From contig CM035351.1 of the NCBI GenBank assembly GCA_020137815.1, forward strand, positions 5,146,001 to 5,210,000: a stretch of DNA of 64,000 nucleotides. Direction: 5' to 3'. Position 1 is the stretch's first letter; the number at the start of each line of letters is the position of its first letter. This document shows positions 26,941 to 39,701 of this stretch, piece by piece. Source of the stretch: Hormiphora californensis (taxonomy: Eukaryota > Animalia > Ctenophora). The translations under genes were made by a program, and so were the position numbers. The notes under the pieces were generated by a model. That model was not told the DNA's origin, did not search any database, and saw only the letters and a list, made by a program, of their open reading frames with translations.

Positions 26941-29126
26941 GGGTACGCTAACCAAAATTTTTTTTCGAGTGCAGGGAAATCTCTCACCGCAGGGTTGTAG
27001 GCCATGCCAAGGAGACCTCAAATATGCAATTTTAGCCCTCAATTCGAATTCATATTTTTGCTACAGCCGTTTTAAAATCGTCTTGAAAATTTCTGAAAAG
27101 ACGTTTTTGACACCCTAAAAATACATTTTCAGGGCTAGAAGCTTAAAATTATGGGGATTTGAAGGGGATAGGAAGGTTTATCGACACAAAAATTTTTATT
27201 AAAATCGGTGATGATTTTCGGTCGTGAGATTGATTTACTTTTTTCCCTCTTAAAGGCCCTATTTAGCAAAGTTCCGAAAGTTAGTGAAGGCTGTAAATTG
27301 GTGAAAAGTTGCGTCTAATGATTATCTAAGTGGCCACAAATTTTTGGCGTGTCCTTATTTGAGACAAGTTGTACAGAGCTTTTTTTGTGAAAGCCGTTTT
27401 TTTAGAAATAAAGAAATAGCCTGTATCTCAAAAACGACTGATTTTAGAGACCTGAGACCAAGCTTAAACGATTCAGAAGGTCCGATTTTGGGGGGGTCTT
27501 CTGAGAGACATTTTTCTCCTACTTCAACGGTTTTCGCTGTAATTGCGAAAAACAAATCCTTTGAAGAGGGCAAAAGAGGAGTTCCGACAGCCTGCTTCGT
27601 GCTGCTTTTCCACCTTCTTGCTAAATCCTTTTTCGCAATTACAGCAAAAACCGTTGAAGTAGGAGAAAAATGTCTCTCAGAAGACCCCCCCAAAATCGGA
27701 CCTTCTGAATCGTTTAACCCTTTGGAGACGATTGGGTCACAGGTGACCCAATACTTTGAACCCATTTAGCGTCTTTCTAGACCACGTTTGAAAGTTTTAA
27801 ATTGTTTCCAGAGTTGAAACATACATTTTTCTACCATTTTGAGGTCGTTTTGAGCCTCTGAAGTCGTCGAATTCGGAAAACAGGGCTAAAACAGTGCATT
27901 TGGTAGGCAAAATGGGTAGTTTAATGGCCATATCTCAAAATTGGTACGAGTATGCTTAAAATGGACTTGGAAAATGCAAGAAAAGTGTACATTTTACTCC
28001 GGGGTAAAGTTTCAGGGTGATATTGCAAATTTTGTGCCTCTCAGAGGCCTTCAAAGTGCTGGGTCACCTGTGACCCAATCGTCCCCTAACGCTAAAACAG
28101 AAATTTGCATTTTACGAGCATTTCTAAAGGAATGGCCGCCGATAAAAGTCCAAAACGGCATTTTTTAAACAAGTGCTAGCGACTAACCGACTCCATCATT
28201 GTTATCTCAACATCCAAGGGAGGCGATAAAAAATTTGTTGAGATCCGTGCTCCTTCAGAAAATTTTTCATCTCGGCCAATTTTGAAATTCTAAAATCGGC
28301 TACAGATGAGACAGAGAGGTCCATAGGGTGTGCAAAATGTGCAGAAAGGCCGGGTTTATATAAGTGTTATGAAGAAACATAGGGCCTAAAATGAACGGTT
28401 TTCGAGTTATGGGGCAAAATAGCTGCGAAATCTCAATTCCTGTTTTAGCGTTAGGGGACGATTGGGTCACAGGTGACCCAATAGAAATACAGGTGGTAGA
28501 ACCAAAATTCCTTTTCCTACGTTTAAGTAGGTTCAAAGTAAGTGTCTCCAGAGAGTTTTAGAGAATTCTGTCGACAGGGGGCTTATCGTCCCCAAAGGGT
28601 TAAGCTTGGTCTCAGGTCTCTAAAATCAGTCGTTTTTGAGATACAGGCTATTTCTTTATTTCTAAAAAAACGGCTTTCACAAAAAAAGCTCTATACAACT
28701 TGTCTCAAATAAGGACACGCCAAAAATTTGTGGCCACTTACATAATCGTTAGACGCAACTTTTCACCAATTTACAGCCTTCACTAACTTTCGGAACTTTG
28801 CTAAATAGGGCCTTTAAGAGGGAAAAAAGTAAATCAATCTCACGACCGAAAATCATCACCGATTTTAATGAAAATTTTTGTGTCGATAAACCTTCCTATC
28901 CCCTTCAAATCCCCATAATTTTAAGCTTCTAGCCCTGAAAATGTATTTTTAGGGTGTCAAAAACGTCTTTTCAGAAATTTTCAAGACGATTTTAAAACGG
29001 CTGTAGCAAAAATATGAATTCGACTTGAGGGCTAAAATTGCATATTTGAGGTCTCCTTGGCATGGCCTACAACCCTGCGGTGAGAGATTTCCCTGCACTC
29101 GAAAAAAATTTTTGGTTAGCGTACCC
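26941..29126. mobile_element. Palindromic non-autonomous transposon with ~620-bp arms, TTAA target site and GGG...CCC ends (Kolobok-like), copy 1
   Basis: TTAA-GGGTACGCTAACC...GGTTAGCGTACCC-TTAA; the arms are near-perfect inverted repeats. Confidence 0.9.
27718..28599. mobile_element. piggyBac-like MITE nested in the Kolobok-like element
   Basis: TTAA-CCCTTTGGAGACGAT...ATCGTCCCCAAAGGG-TTAA interrupts the host arm at a TTAA that is single in the opposite arm. Confidence 0.88.
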
Positions 29127-30754
29127 TTAAAATATTACAAGCTAGTGTTTTGCCTGTAAAATGCATTATCATGATTATAATTTAAAGCGATTCATGTAAT
29201 GCTATAAACGATATAAATCGCTTTGAATAATATTATTTGGATGAAAGCCAAAACAACACTATTTTAACATTGTAATATCTTTCAGGGACAGTCATTGATC
29301 TGCCATAGAAACTAAAACAACTCAATCTCACCAACACTACTGCATTTACTTGCTCAGAGAGTATGAACAATGAATACGAAATGACTCAACAAACATGACT
29401 GGGAATGGATAAGAGGTCTATTAGAACGAGGTAGCGCCAGATTCTCCCATATACCCCTATTATAAAGACCTGCCAGAGCTGAGCATCGGCCTGACCCTAT
29501 ACTATTCTAATTTCTTTCAATCTTTCAAATAAGGAGCGCACGAGAACTGTGGTCAGAGCATTGGCCTGACAGATAAAGCCCAACGTACACAGGTATTCAA
29601 TATGATAATGGTATACATATGCAGTATACATATGACTTTGGATCTGGTCAGGGCCCCCCTCCCAGTCCCACAAAATTAATCAGAACAGCGTTCGAATCAA
29701 TATTGTGAGGCCGGGCGAGTAATAGGGTGAGTAATAGGGTGGTGGGCCACCACTGGTGGCCCTGAGATCTCATCAACATGTAACTGTAAGCAAGTAGGGA
29801 ATCAAACATCTTTTAGTTTTACTGAGAAATCGCAAAAAGGCTAATTTCTTCATCTTTCAGTTTCAGGCTATCTGTTATCCATACTGAGTCAAATTTGCTG
29901 CTTTTGAAATTTTGGCTTTTGGGCAATTAGGCCAACTGTGTCTTCCCATTCTTATAGATTGAAAGATAAAGGTACTCTCCTAATTCTATCACCCCAGAGA
30001 GCAAATGTTTGTCTATTGTCCAAGCTCCCTCCCTCCCCTCCCGGAATGAATGGTATCACTGTTATAAAAGGCTCCACTACTGAGGTAACTCGGTAGATGA
30101 AGGCAACATATAAACTGACTTAACATCATAGTGCATGTTTCAATCGGCAACCCGCATTAAACATAGCCGATTGTTTTATAAGGCCAGACTAAGCAGTTGC
30201 TCAGGGGAATATGAGAACCTATCACCAAGGGCAGCTGTCGTTAGCAGCTGCTAAGGACAAGCCTAGTCTGGAAAGAAGTTTTCTGCAAATTTTCATTTGC
30301 CGCAAACATTGTCTAGACGTTGTTCCACCGGCGTCTAGACGGTACCCGTTTAGACAGGGTTTTCCCGAAACGGGCTTGAGACGGAGTCACACAGCTCAGG
30401 CTTGAAATGTGCTTGAAGCGAGCTTGATAGTTAGATGGAGTTGAACAAAATCATACGGAGTTGGACGAAATCAGACGGAACTTCTAAAATCAGACAACTC
30501 CGTCTGAAGACTTCTTCTTGTCTGGAAAGAACTGAACCAGCTTATGGTATAGGTACAGTGTAGGGACTTGTTGAGTACTTGAGTAAGGGGTCAACAATTG
30601 TAGGGGCAGTACTGTAGACAACTGACAAGTATACAGCTGTCAACCTATAACAATACACCATGTCCAACACACAGTCACACTAGTGCAGCTGGCTAACCCT
30701 GTGAGATTTAATGAAGCGAATCCTGCAGGGACAGTTACTAAGTATACGTAACAA

Positions 30755-30844
30755 GTAAACAACCAATCAGAACTCGTTATTTAGGTCACGTGACTGGTTA
30801 TCAGCCAATCAGGGACCAGTATTTCCTGATTCGGTCGGTTCCTG
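30755..30844. mobile_element. 90-bp dispersed element (GTAAACAACCAATCAG...GGTTCCTG) between 25-bp direct repeats; duplicate at 33315-33404, degenerate copy near 9885
   Basis: GACAGTTACTAAGTATACGTAACAA lies on both sides. Confidence 0.8.
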
Positions 30845-31198
30845 GACAGTTACTAAGTATACGTAACAATGCTACTTATAGCATGTCAATCGATATGATA
30901 GGGCGGGGTCACGTACTTGTAGTTGTACGACAAATAAAATCATTTCCTTTCCGAGAAAAGAAGTAAGATTCTTACTACCTATCTTTCTAAGATTCTTACT
31001 GAGCTCGAGTGCTATACCAATTCATTATTACAACATATCGCAGAGTGTTTACAAGCGTATTATCATATTGATGCATCCATGATACAATGTGTATTACACA
31101 CACACATGGTCGACCCCTATAGCCTGGGTCCAGTTGGGAGTAAGGAGCAGTAGCTAGCTGCCAATTGGCCATACCAAGAAAAACCTCGTCGCACTTAT

Positions 31199-32422
31199 CA
31201 CTGCGCTGGCAAGCGCAAAGGTGACCATCTCCTCCCCCCAGCCGCGCGTGCCAGAATGCAGTAATAACTTTTTTCAGTTTTTAGCCAAAAATGGCATTTT
31301 GCGACGCCCATAGCGAGGCCCCCACTGCACCGATCAGTCTGAAATTTGGTATACAGTGTCACATAGTCTAGATCTACTGTAGTTCAAAAGGGCAATTCTC
31401 TATCTCTTTTAGTTTTAGAGATACAGCATCGTACCAAAAGCAATACATGTCCCGGGTCTATCTATCTATCTATGTATCTATGGATAGACGCTGTTTTTAC
31501 CAAATTTATAATCATTTTTGAGAGAAAACGACATAAGATAGACACTTCTCGTTTGTTGCATTCGAAAGATAATCGCTCGAATTGTGTAGTCGAATAGTTT
31601 TCATGTTCTAGGTCCAACTAGAACGTCTTAATAAAGTGTAATAAAGATAAGACATTTTTCAAATCAACCAAATTTCTTTGAGCTCAGTTTATACCCTGAA
31701 GACGGCTTCTGATTGAAAAACGGAGACCACACTTATGAAAGATAATCGTCTAAACTTTCAGAAACTATATTACGAATTTGTGAAACTCTATTTCTAAGGG
31801 TCTCAAATCGCGTCTGAAGTGTTAAGACTGTATGAAAATAGATATGATGAATGTGCGTTTTTCGCCATAGCGACCTTAAATCTTGTCCAATCGATCTCAA
31901 ACTTGGTCAGCCTCTTTAACTAGATGAGGCTGATAATATTACATCCCCATCATGACGTTATAACGTCGTGACGTCACGTTATGACGTCACAATGACGTCA
32001 AAATTGAAATTTTCGTATTTCAGCGATTCCGGACGGTCTTTACACGTTCTGCTACGTCCAGACATGTATAACATCGTATTTCACATCAGAAAATACCAAA
32101 AATATACCCAAATTATGCCAAAAACTAACAGAAATTAGTTGTCTGGAAAGGTGACCACTTTTGTTGTCAAACTGACACCTTTGCCCGGCCCGGGTTACGG
32201 ATATCACCGATATCGGTGATGGGGCAAATCAGGGGGCAAATCAGGGAGTTGGAGAGAGAGAAAGAGAGCGAGAGAGATAGAGAGATAGAGATAGAGAGAG
32301 AACTCAGAGAGGGAAAGATAGTGATGTTAAAACCCGGAGAGGGCAAAGGTGTCAGTTTGACAACAAAAGTGGTCACCTTTCCAGACAACTAATTTCTGTT
32401 AGTTTTTGGCATAATTATAGTG
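31199..32422. mobile_element. CACTA/EnSpm-like non-autonomous element (CACT...AGTG, 2-bp AT target duplication) with a 76-bp-arm hairpin at the right end
   Basis: Present in duplicate A and absent in B; termini CACTG and TAGTG. Confidence 0.7.
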
Positions 32423-33021
32423 ATAGGCAATTGGAAATGTAACCAGCAACAGAAACAACTACAGTCGGACCCCCATATACCGGGAGGATTCGAACTTCCC
32501 CCGAAATAAGAAATTAACAGTATTTGACCCCGAAAACCCCTCTTCCCCCGAGCATCACGGTAAATCGGGGTCAGACTGTCAGACTAGTCTGACAGCTGTA
32601 CCACAAACTACGTATAATGAAGAATCCCACGCATTTCACAACAGGAACTGAATGCACATAACAGAGATGCAACGCATCATAATTTTCCAAGAAACAAGAA
32701 TATAACAGGCCATTTTATTTTTCTTAGTAGAACTATAATTATAGAATTAGAAGGTGCTAATATAATAAAATCGTATATCTTTAGCTTCTCGGTTTTTCTC
32801 TCCTGTTCAACCACTCACACATATCTAACTCCAAGTCAAAGTGGTAGTAAATACGCAAGGCACGACCACTCAATACATGCAAGGACGGGAGTTGGGCGAG
32901 GGGACAATCAGACGGAACTTCTAAAATCAGACAACTCCGTCTGAAGACTTCTTCTTGTCTAGAAAAGCCCTAATAGTGTACATAACTTATCAAAAGAAGT
33001 GAACCAGTTTATGGTATAGGT

Positions 33022-33115
33022 TTGGCGCCATTGCCGCCTGTCTGCTTCACAGCGAGCTCGATCTCGGTCGCTGCGCGACCTCGATCTCGCACGCACTAGG
33101 TGTCAATGTCACCAA
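33022..33115. mobile_element. Mini-MITE (TTGG...CCAA) with 9-bp target duplication GGTATAGGT
   Basis: Empty site in duplicate A; same family as 40757-41433. Confidence 0.85.
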
Positions 33116-33431
33116 GGTATAGGTACAGTGTAGGGACTTGTTGAGTACTTGAGTAAGGGGTCAACAATTGTAGGGGCAGTAGTCAGTACTGTAGACAAGT
33201 ATACAGCTGTCAACCTATAACAATACACCATGTCCAACACACTAGCAGCTGGCTAACCCTGTGAGATTTAGTGAGGCGAAACCTGCAGGGACAATTACTA
33301 AGTATACGTAACAAGTAAACAACCAATCAGAACTCGTTATTTAGGTCACGTGACTGGTTATCAGCCAATCAGGGACCAGTATTTCCTGATTCGGTCGGTT
33401 CCTGGACAGTTACTAAGTATACGTAACAATG

Positions 33432-34197
33432 TAGGATTTTATTATGCCTATAAGTTGTACCTGAAAACTTATAACACGAGACCGAAGGTCGAGTGTTATA
33501 AGTGCAACAATAATGATCCGAGACCACAGGTCGAGGCAGATTCTTGTACTTTAGTACACGAGCCTGCGAGTGCCATTAAGTCTAACTACCTCACGAGCCT
33601 GCGAGTGATGTAGTTTTACTTTTTGACCGAGCCTGCGAGGTCTAAAAGTGTAAGAATCTGGGACATTATTGTTGACGTCAGGTACAACGAAAATAGGCAT
33701 AATAAAATTGCATTGTAAAATTTTTAAAACAAGAGTGAGAGACACTTTAGGGCGTAACAATAGAACGATTTCATGATAAGGTAGCAGGCAGAGAAATCAG
33801 TATAAGATAAGATAACGCCTGAGATAGGTAAAGAGAGTGAGAGATTAGTGAGAGTGAGAGAGATAAAGAATGTGTGGGTCCGGGAGTTCGTAACTGTTAT
33901 CTTGATCTCGGTGCTGCAATGGCGTGAGAGTGTGACATAAAGAAAGAGAGAGAGAGAGAGAGGGAGTTCGTACACGCTTATCTTTCTAACGGTTTTTAAG
34001 TGTGACAGAAACAGTGGAGTAAGGAGTTCGAAGTGCAGCGGTGTTATAAGTTTTCATGTATCACTGGGGGGTGTTATAAGTGAAAACTTATAACACTGGG
34101 GGGTGTTATAAGTGAAAACTTATAACACTGGGGGTGTTATAAGTTGTACTAGCAGTGCTACCTAAAGAATTATATTATATCTCAAAATTTTACAATG
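33432..34197. mobile_element. Hairpin-rich insertion bounded by a 6-bp direct repeat ACAATG (Crypton-like?)
   Basis: Empty site in duplicate A; internal CGAGACCGAAGGTCGAG and CGAGCCTGCGAG motifs; no long TIR at the ends. Confidence 0.6.
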
Positions 34198-36056
34198 CTA
34201 CTTATAGCATGTCAATCGATATGATAGGGCGGGGTCACGTACTTGTAGTTGTACGACAAATAAAATCATTTCCTTTCCGAGAAAATAGGTAAGATTCTTA
34301 CTACCTATCTTTCTAAGATGCTTACCGAGCGAGTGCTATACCAATTCATTATTACAACATATCGGAGAGTGTTTACAAGCGTATTATCATATTGATGCAT
34401 CCATGATACACTGTGTATTACACACACACATGGTCGACCCCTATAGCTTAGGTTCCGGCCCTGAGAGTAAGGACTAAGGAGCAGTAGCTAGCTGTCATAC
34501 CAAGAAAAACCTCGTCGCACTTATTATAGGCAATTGGAAATGTAACCAGCAACAGAAACAACTACAGTCGGACCTTGCCCGAAGTGAGGGGATCGCCCTA
34601 CGGGCGCGCGAACATGGGGGGCGCGACGTGCCCAAAGTCGGACCCCGATATACCGGGAGGATCCAAACTTCCCCCGAAATAGGAAATTAACAGTATTTGA
34701 CCCCGGGAGAACCCCTTTTCCCCCGAGCATCACGGTAAATCGAGGGGTCAGACTGTCAGACTAGTCTGACAGCTGTACCACAAACTGTACGTATGTAAGA
34801 TGAAGAATCCCACGCATTTCACAACAGGAACTGAATGCACTAAACAGAGATGCAACGCATCATAATTTTCCAAGAAACAAGAATATAACAGGCCATTTTA
34901 TTTTTCTTAGTAGAACTATAATTATAGAATTAGAAGGTGCTAATATAATAAAATCGTATATCTTTAGCTTCTCGGTTTTTCTCTCCTGTTCAACCACTCA
35001 CATATATCTAACTCAAAGTGGTAGTAAATACGCAAGGCACGACCACTCAATACATGCAAGTTCAATGCAATTGCATACAGAACTCTGGAGCGGCGAGCCA
35101 CATGGCTTATTTTTAATGAAATTGCAATTCTCTTTCTTTCTCAAAATGGAATAAGCACGCTTTATGGTTCGCGTTTGCATCACAAAGTTTTGGACTGCAT
35201 GATCCAGCAGACTGCAGTACCACTACGGCCAAAGGAGCGGAATACGGATTTCTGAATGCATCCACCGAAACAAAGACCACGAAACTGAAAGTACTGAGGG
35301 CTCACGCGTGAGTTATTTCCCCCTACCCCATTCTTATCAGAGCATTGGCCCCATTCCAACTCGCACCGTACAACTATATACTTGCCATGCTACGCAGTCT
35401 GTCTATCGGCACTTAAGGGTACGCTAACCAAAATTTTTTTTCGAGTGCAGGGAAATCTCTCACCGCAGGGTTGTAGGCCATGCCAAGGAGACCTCAAATA
35501 TGCAATTTTAGCCCTCAATTCGAATTCATATTTTTGCTACAGCCGTTTTAAAATCGTCTTGAAAATTTCTGAAAAGACGTTTTTGATACCCTAAAAATAC
35601 ATTTTCAGGGCTAGAAGCTTAAAATTTTGGGGATTTGAAGGGGATAAGAAGGTTTATCGACACAAAATTTTTTATTGAAATCGGTGATGATTTTCGGTCG
35701 TGAGATTGATTTACTTTTTTCCCTCTTAAAGGCCCTATTTAGCAAAGTTCCGAAAGTTTGTGAAGGCTGTAAATTGGTGAAAAGTTGCGTCTAACGATTA
35801 TCTAAGTGGCCACAAATTTTTGGCGTGTCCTTATTTGAGACAAGTTGTACAGAGCTTTTTTTGTGAAAGCCGTTTTTTAGAAATAAAGAAATAGCCGGTA
35901 TCTCAAAAACGACTGATTTTAGAGACCTGAGACCAAGCTTAAACGATTCAGAAGGTCCGATTTTGGGGGGGTCTTCTGAGAGACATTTTTCTCCTACTTC
36001 AACGGTTTTCGCTGTAATTGCGAAAAACAAATCCTTTGAAGAGGGCAAAAGAGGAG

Positions 36057-37505
36057 GGCACTGTTAGGAATGGCCGACACTAACAATTTTTTTTTAGTGT
36101 TTTTTGTTAGTGACGTCACTAACAAAAAATTGTTAGTGTTTTCACTAACAAATTTCACTAACAAAAATTTTGTTAGTGTTTTCACTAACAAATTTCACTA
36201 ACAAAAATTTTGTGAGTGTTTTCACTAACAATTTTCACTAACAAAAATTTTGTTAGTGTTTCTAATTGGGAATGGGGTGATGCTTATGAGATACGATTCA
36301 GGGACGCCTTATTGGCAGTGGGAGAACGGGTTATGGAACATGATTGGGTGAAGCTTATTAGGATGGTTAGGCGACATGAGACACGATTCGGGGAAGGTTT
36401 TCTTCGTTTTTTTAGTAACGATGCATGGAAGATTAAGATATTTGTAAGTAGACAAGGAATTTCAAGAGAATAAAACGAAAAACACAAATCAAATAACTTG
36501 TCCACATTTAGTTGCCCTGTCCAACAATTGGAGACTGGAGTACAATACGAACGGATTACCCCACCATATGATCTTATCACCCTGCCATACCACACCATAT
36601 GATCCGTTGATCTGATTATCAAACAGACCGATTACCGCTGCACTTGAGGTATCACATATCGTCATGAGGCACAATGAATCGTGAGCAGTATCCCGTGTCA
36701 GTTGATATTATATTAGCGGTTCCGCTGCTAATGAGGTACACCGAATCGTGAGCAGTATCCCGTGTCGGTGTTCAGTGCTCACGATTCGGTGTACCTCATT
36801 AGCGGTGGAACCGCTAATACAATATCAACTGACACGGGATACTGCTTACGATTCGGTGTACCTCATTAGCGGTGGAACCGCTAATATAATATAAACCGAT
36901 ACGGGATACTGCTCACGATTCATTGTGCCTCATGACGATATGTGATACCTCAAGTGCAGCGGTAATCGGTATGTTTGATAATCAGATCAACGGATCATAT
37001 GGTGTGGTATGGCAGGGTGATAAGATCATATGGTGGGGTAATCCGTTCGTATTGTACTCCAGTCTCCAATTGTTGGACAGGGCAACTAAATGTGGACAAG
37101 TTATTTGATTTGTGTTTTTTGTTTTATTCTCTTGAAATTCCTTGTCTACTCACAAATATCTTAATCTTCCATGTATCGTTACTAAAAAAACGAAGAAAAC
37201 CTTCCCCGAATCGTGTCTCATGTCGCCTAACCATCCTAATAAGCTTCACCCAATCATGTTCCATAACCCGTATCGTCTCACACTGCCAATAAGGTGTCCC
37301 TGAATCGTATCTCATAACCATCACCCCATTCCCAATTAGAAACACTAACAAAATTTTTGTTAGTGAAAATTGTTAGTGAAAACACTCACAAAATTTTTGT
37401 TAGTGAAATTTGTTAGTGAAAACACTAACAATTTTTTGTTAGTGACGTCACTAACAAAAAACACTAACAAAAAAATTGTTAGTGTCGGCCATTCCTAACA
37501 GTGCC
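36057..37505. mobile_element. Palindromic element with 8-bp target duplication AAGAGGAG and GGCAC termini (Merlin-like)
   Basis: GGCACTGTTAGGAATGGCCGACAC...GTGTCGGCCATTCCTAACAGTGCC; empty site in copy 1 of the host. Confidence 0.85.
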
Positions 37506-37963
37506 AAGAGGAGTTCCGACAGCCTGCTTCGTGCTGCTTTTCCACCTTCTTGCTAAATCCTTTTTCGCAATTACAGCAAAAACCGTTGAAGTAGGAGAAA
37601 AATGTCTCTCAGAAGACCCCCCCAAAATCGGACCTTCTGAATCGTTTTAACTTGGTCTCAGGTCTCTAATATCAGTCGTTTTTGAGATACAGGCTATTTC
37701 TTTATTTCTAAAAAAACGGCTTTCACAAAAAAAGCTCTGTACAACTTGTCTCAAATAAGGACACGCCAAAAATTTGTGGCCACTTAGATAATCGTTAGAC
37801 GCAACTTTTCACCAATTTACAGCCTTCACAAACTTTCGGAACTTTGCTAAATAGGGCCTTTAAGAGGGAAAAAAGTAAATCAATCTCACGACCGAAAATC
37901 ATCACCGATTTCAATAAAAAATTTTGTGTCGATAAACCTTCTTATCCCCTTCAAATCCCCATA

Positions 37964-38963
37964 TAGTTAGGGGCAGTAGTCGAGTGACTGGGAAATAATT
38001 TGTGTCAAGCTGATTTCTTCACTAACGTGTCCCAATGGGTCCCCTCTAGCCCTCCTGAGTTTTTCCAAACTCGGGATGGGGTGCAACATGTTCATTTCCG
38101 GGTGGGCGTGGTACCTGTATTTTCAGCCTGAGCCCAAAACCATGAGTACCCTTAAAATAGGAGTAGAGATAAAATCGAGGGCACTAAAGTGATCAGCGTC
38201 CTCGCATTAGTGGGGGTAGGTGCCGGAATTAAGTCTCTATCTTATCTGGTTAATTAGATAATTGGATAATTAGGTTTGCGCATAACCGTTTTTTGGCTAT
38301 ATGGCTATAGCCACTTAGGAAGGGTTTAGAGACTTTTCATTGGTGCCATTTTGTGGGCAATAGCCAAGTTATGGGGGGTCGACGTCGGACTTTTAAGCTC
38401 TATCTTCAACCGTTTAGCCGTTATTTGGCTTTAAAGGTGCTCAAAATCGGGCTTTTTACCGTATTTTGCTCATTTTGAGAATCTTAAAAGCCAAATAACG
38501 GCTAAACGGTTGAAGATAGAGCTTAAAAGTCCGACGTCGACCCCCCATAACTTGGCTATTGCCTACAAAATGGCACCAATGAAAAGTCTCTAAACCCTTC
38601 CTAAGTGGCTATAGCCATATAGCCAAAAAACGGTTATGCGCAAACCTAATTATCCAATTATCTAATTAACCAGATGAGATAGACTTAATTCCGGCACCTA
38701 CCCCCACTAATGCGAGGACGCTGATCACTTTAGTGCCCTCGATTTTATCTCTACTCCTATTTTAAGGGTACTTATGGTTTTGGGCTCAGGCTGAAAATAC
38801 AGGTACCACGCCCACCCGGAAATGAACATGTTGCACCCCATCCCGAGTTTGGAAAAACTCAGGAGGGCTAGAGGGGACCCATTGGGACACGTTAGTGAAG
38901 AAATCAGCTTGAGACAAATTATTTCCCAGTCAGGGCGATATTCGGTGTTATTACCCCTAACTA
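37964..38963. mobile_element. Palindromic element with 3-bp ATA target duplication and TAG...CTA termini (Academ-like?)
   Basis: ATA-TAGTTAGGGG...CCCCTAACTA-ATA; ~470-bp inverted arms; empty site in copy 1 of the host. Confidence 0.8.
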
Positions 38964-39638
38964 ATAATTTTAAGCTTCTAGCCCTGAAAATGTATTTTTA
39001 GGGTGTCAAAAACGTCTTTTCAGAAATTTTCAAGACAATTTTAAAACGGCTGTAGCAAAAATGTGAATTCGACTTGAGGGCTAAAATTGCATATTTGAGG
39101 TCTCCTTGGCATGGCCTACAACCCTGCGGTGAGAGATTTCCCTGCACTCGAAAAAAAATTTTGGTTAGCGTACCCTTAAGCGCCTTCGGGCTCGCGTAAG
39201 CTCACACCGGGCCGAAGGCCCGGTGTGAGAGCTGACAGACAAGGAACATGTCAACTATATACACTTAAAGTTAAATCTCGATTAACCAGACCTCGATTGA
39301 TCATGTAATGAACGAGTTACCGGACTCCGGAGTAGGAGTCCGGTAAATCAAGATCTTAAGAGTCCGGTAAATCGGGGTTTGATTGAATCTATAATAAGTT
39401 GTTGAGTATTTGAGTAATATATAAGGAGTCTCCACCCCATACTCAACAACCTTATATTTATGATAGTTCATACTTGATTGAAGAGGTTTTACACAATTAA
39501 ATACACTTCAAAAGATTAAAATAACTGAAGCTAAGAAATTGAAATGTACGTTTGCATTTGTGAGTGCTATTAAATTTGATAAATTAGCTTGAGATCACAA
39601 ATATACTTCTAGAACTAAGAGTGAGAGAGAGAGAGTGA

Positions 39639-39701
<63 letters not shown>

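Larger units (their letters stand above)
30469..35060. repeat. Local tandem duplication (copy A 30469-32883, copy B 32906-35060) with copy-specific insertions
   Basis: Long colinear identity from AATCAGACGGAACTTCT to CAATACATGCAAG in both copies. Confidence 0.9.
35417..39175. mobile_element. Kolobok-like palindromic element, copy 2, carrying two nested insertions
   Basis: Same TTAA-GGGTACGC...GCGTACCC-TTAA ends and arms as 26941-29126. Confidence 0.9.

Noticed and set aside
27344-27769. Overlapping 141-aa and 136-aa ORFs on both strands
   Set aside because: Artefact of the palindrome centre; no transposase motifs.
36216-37351. Mirror-image ORF pairs (also 53641/54561 and 56384/57779)
   Set aside because: They arise from inverted arms of non-autonomous elements and show no recognisable protein features.
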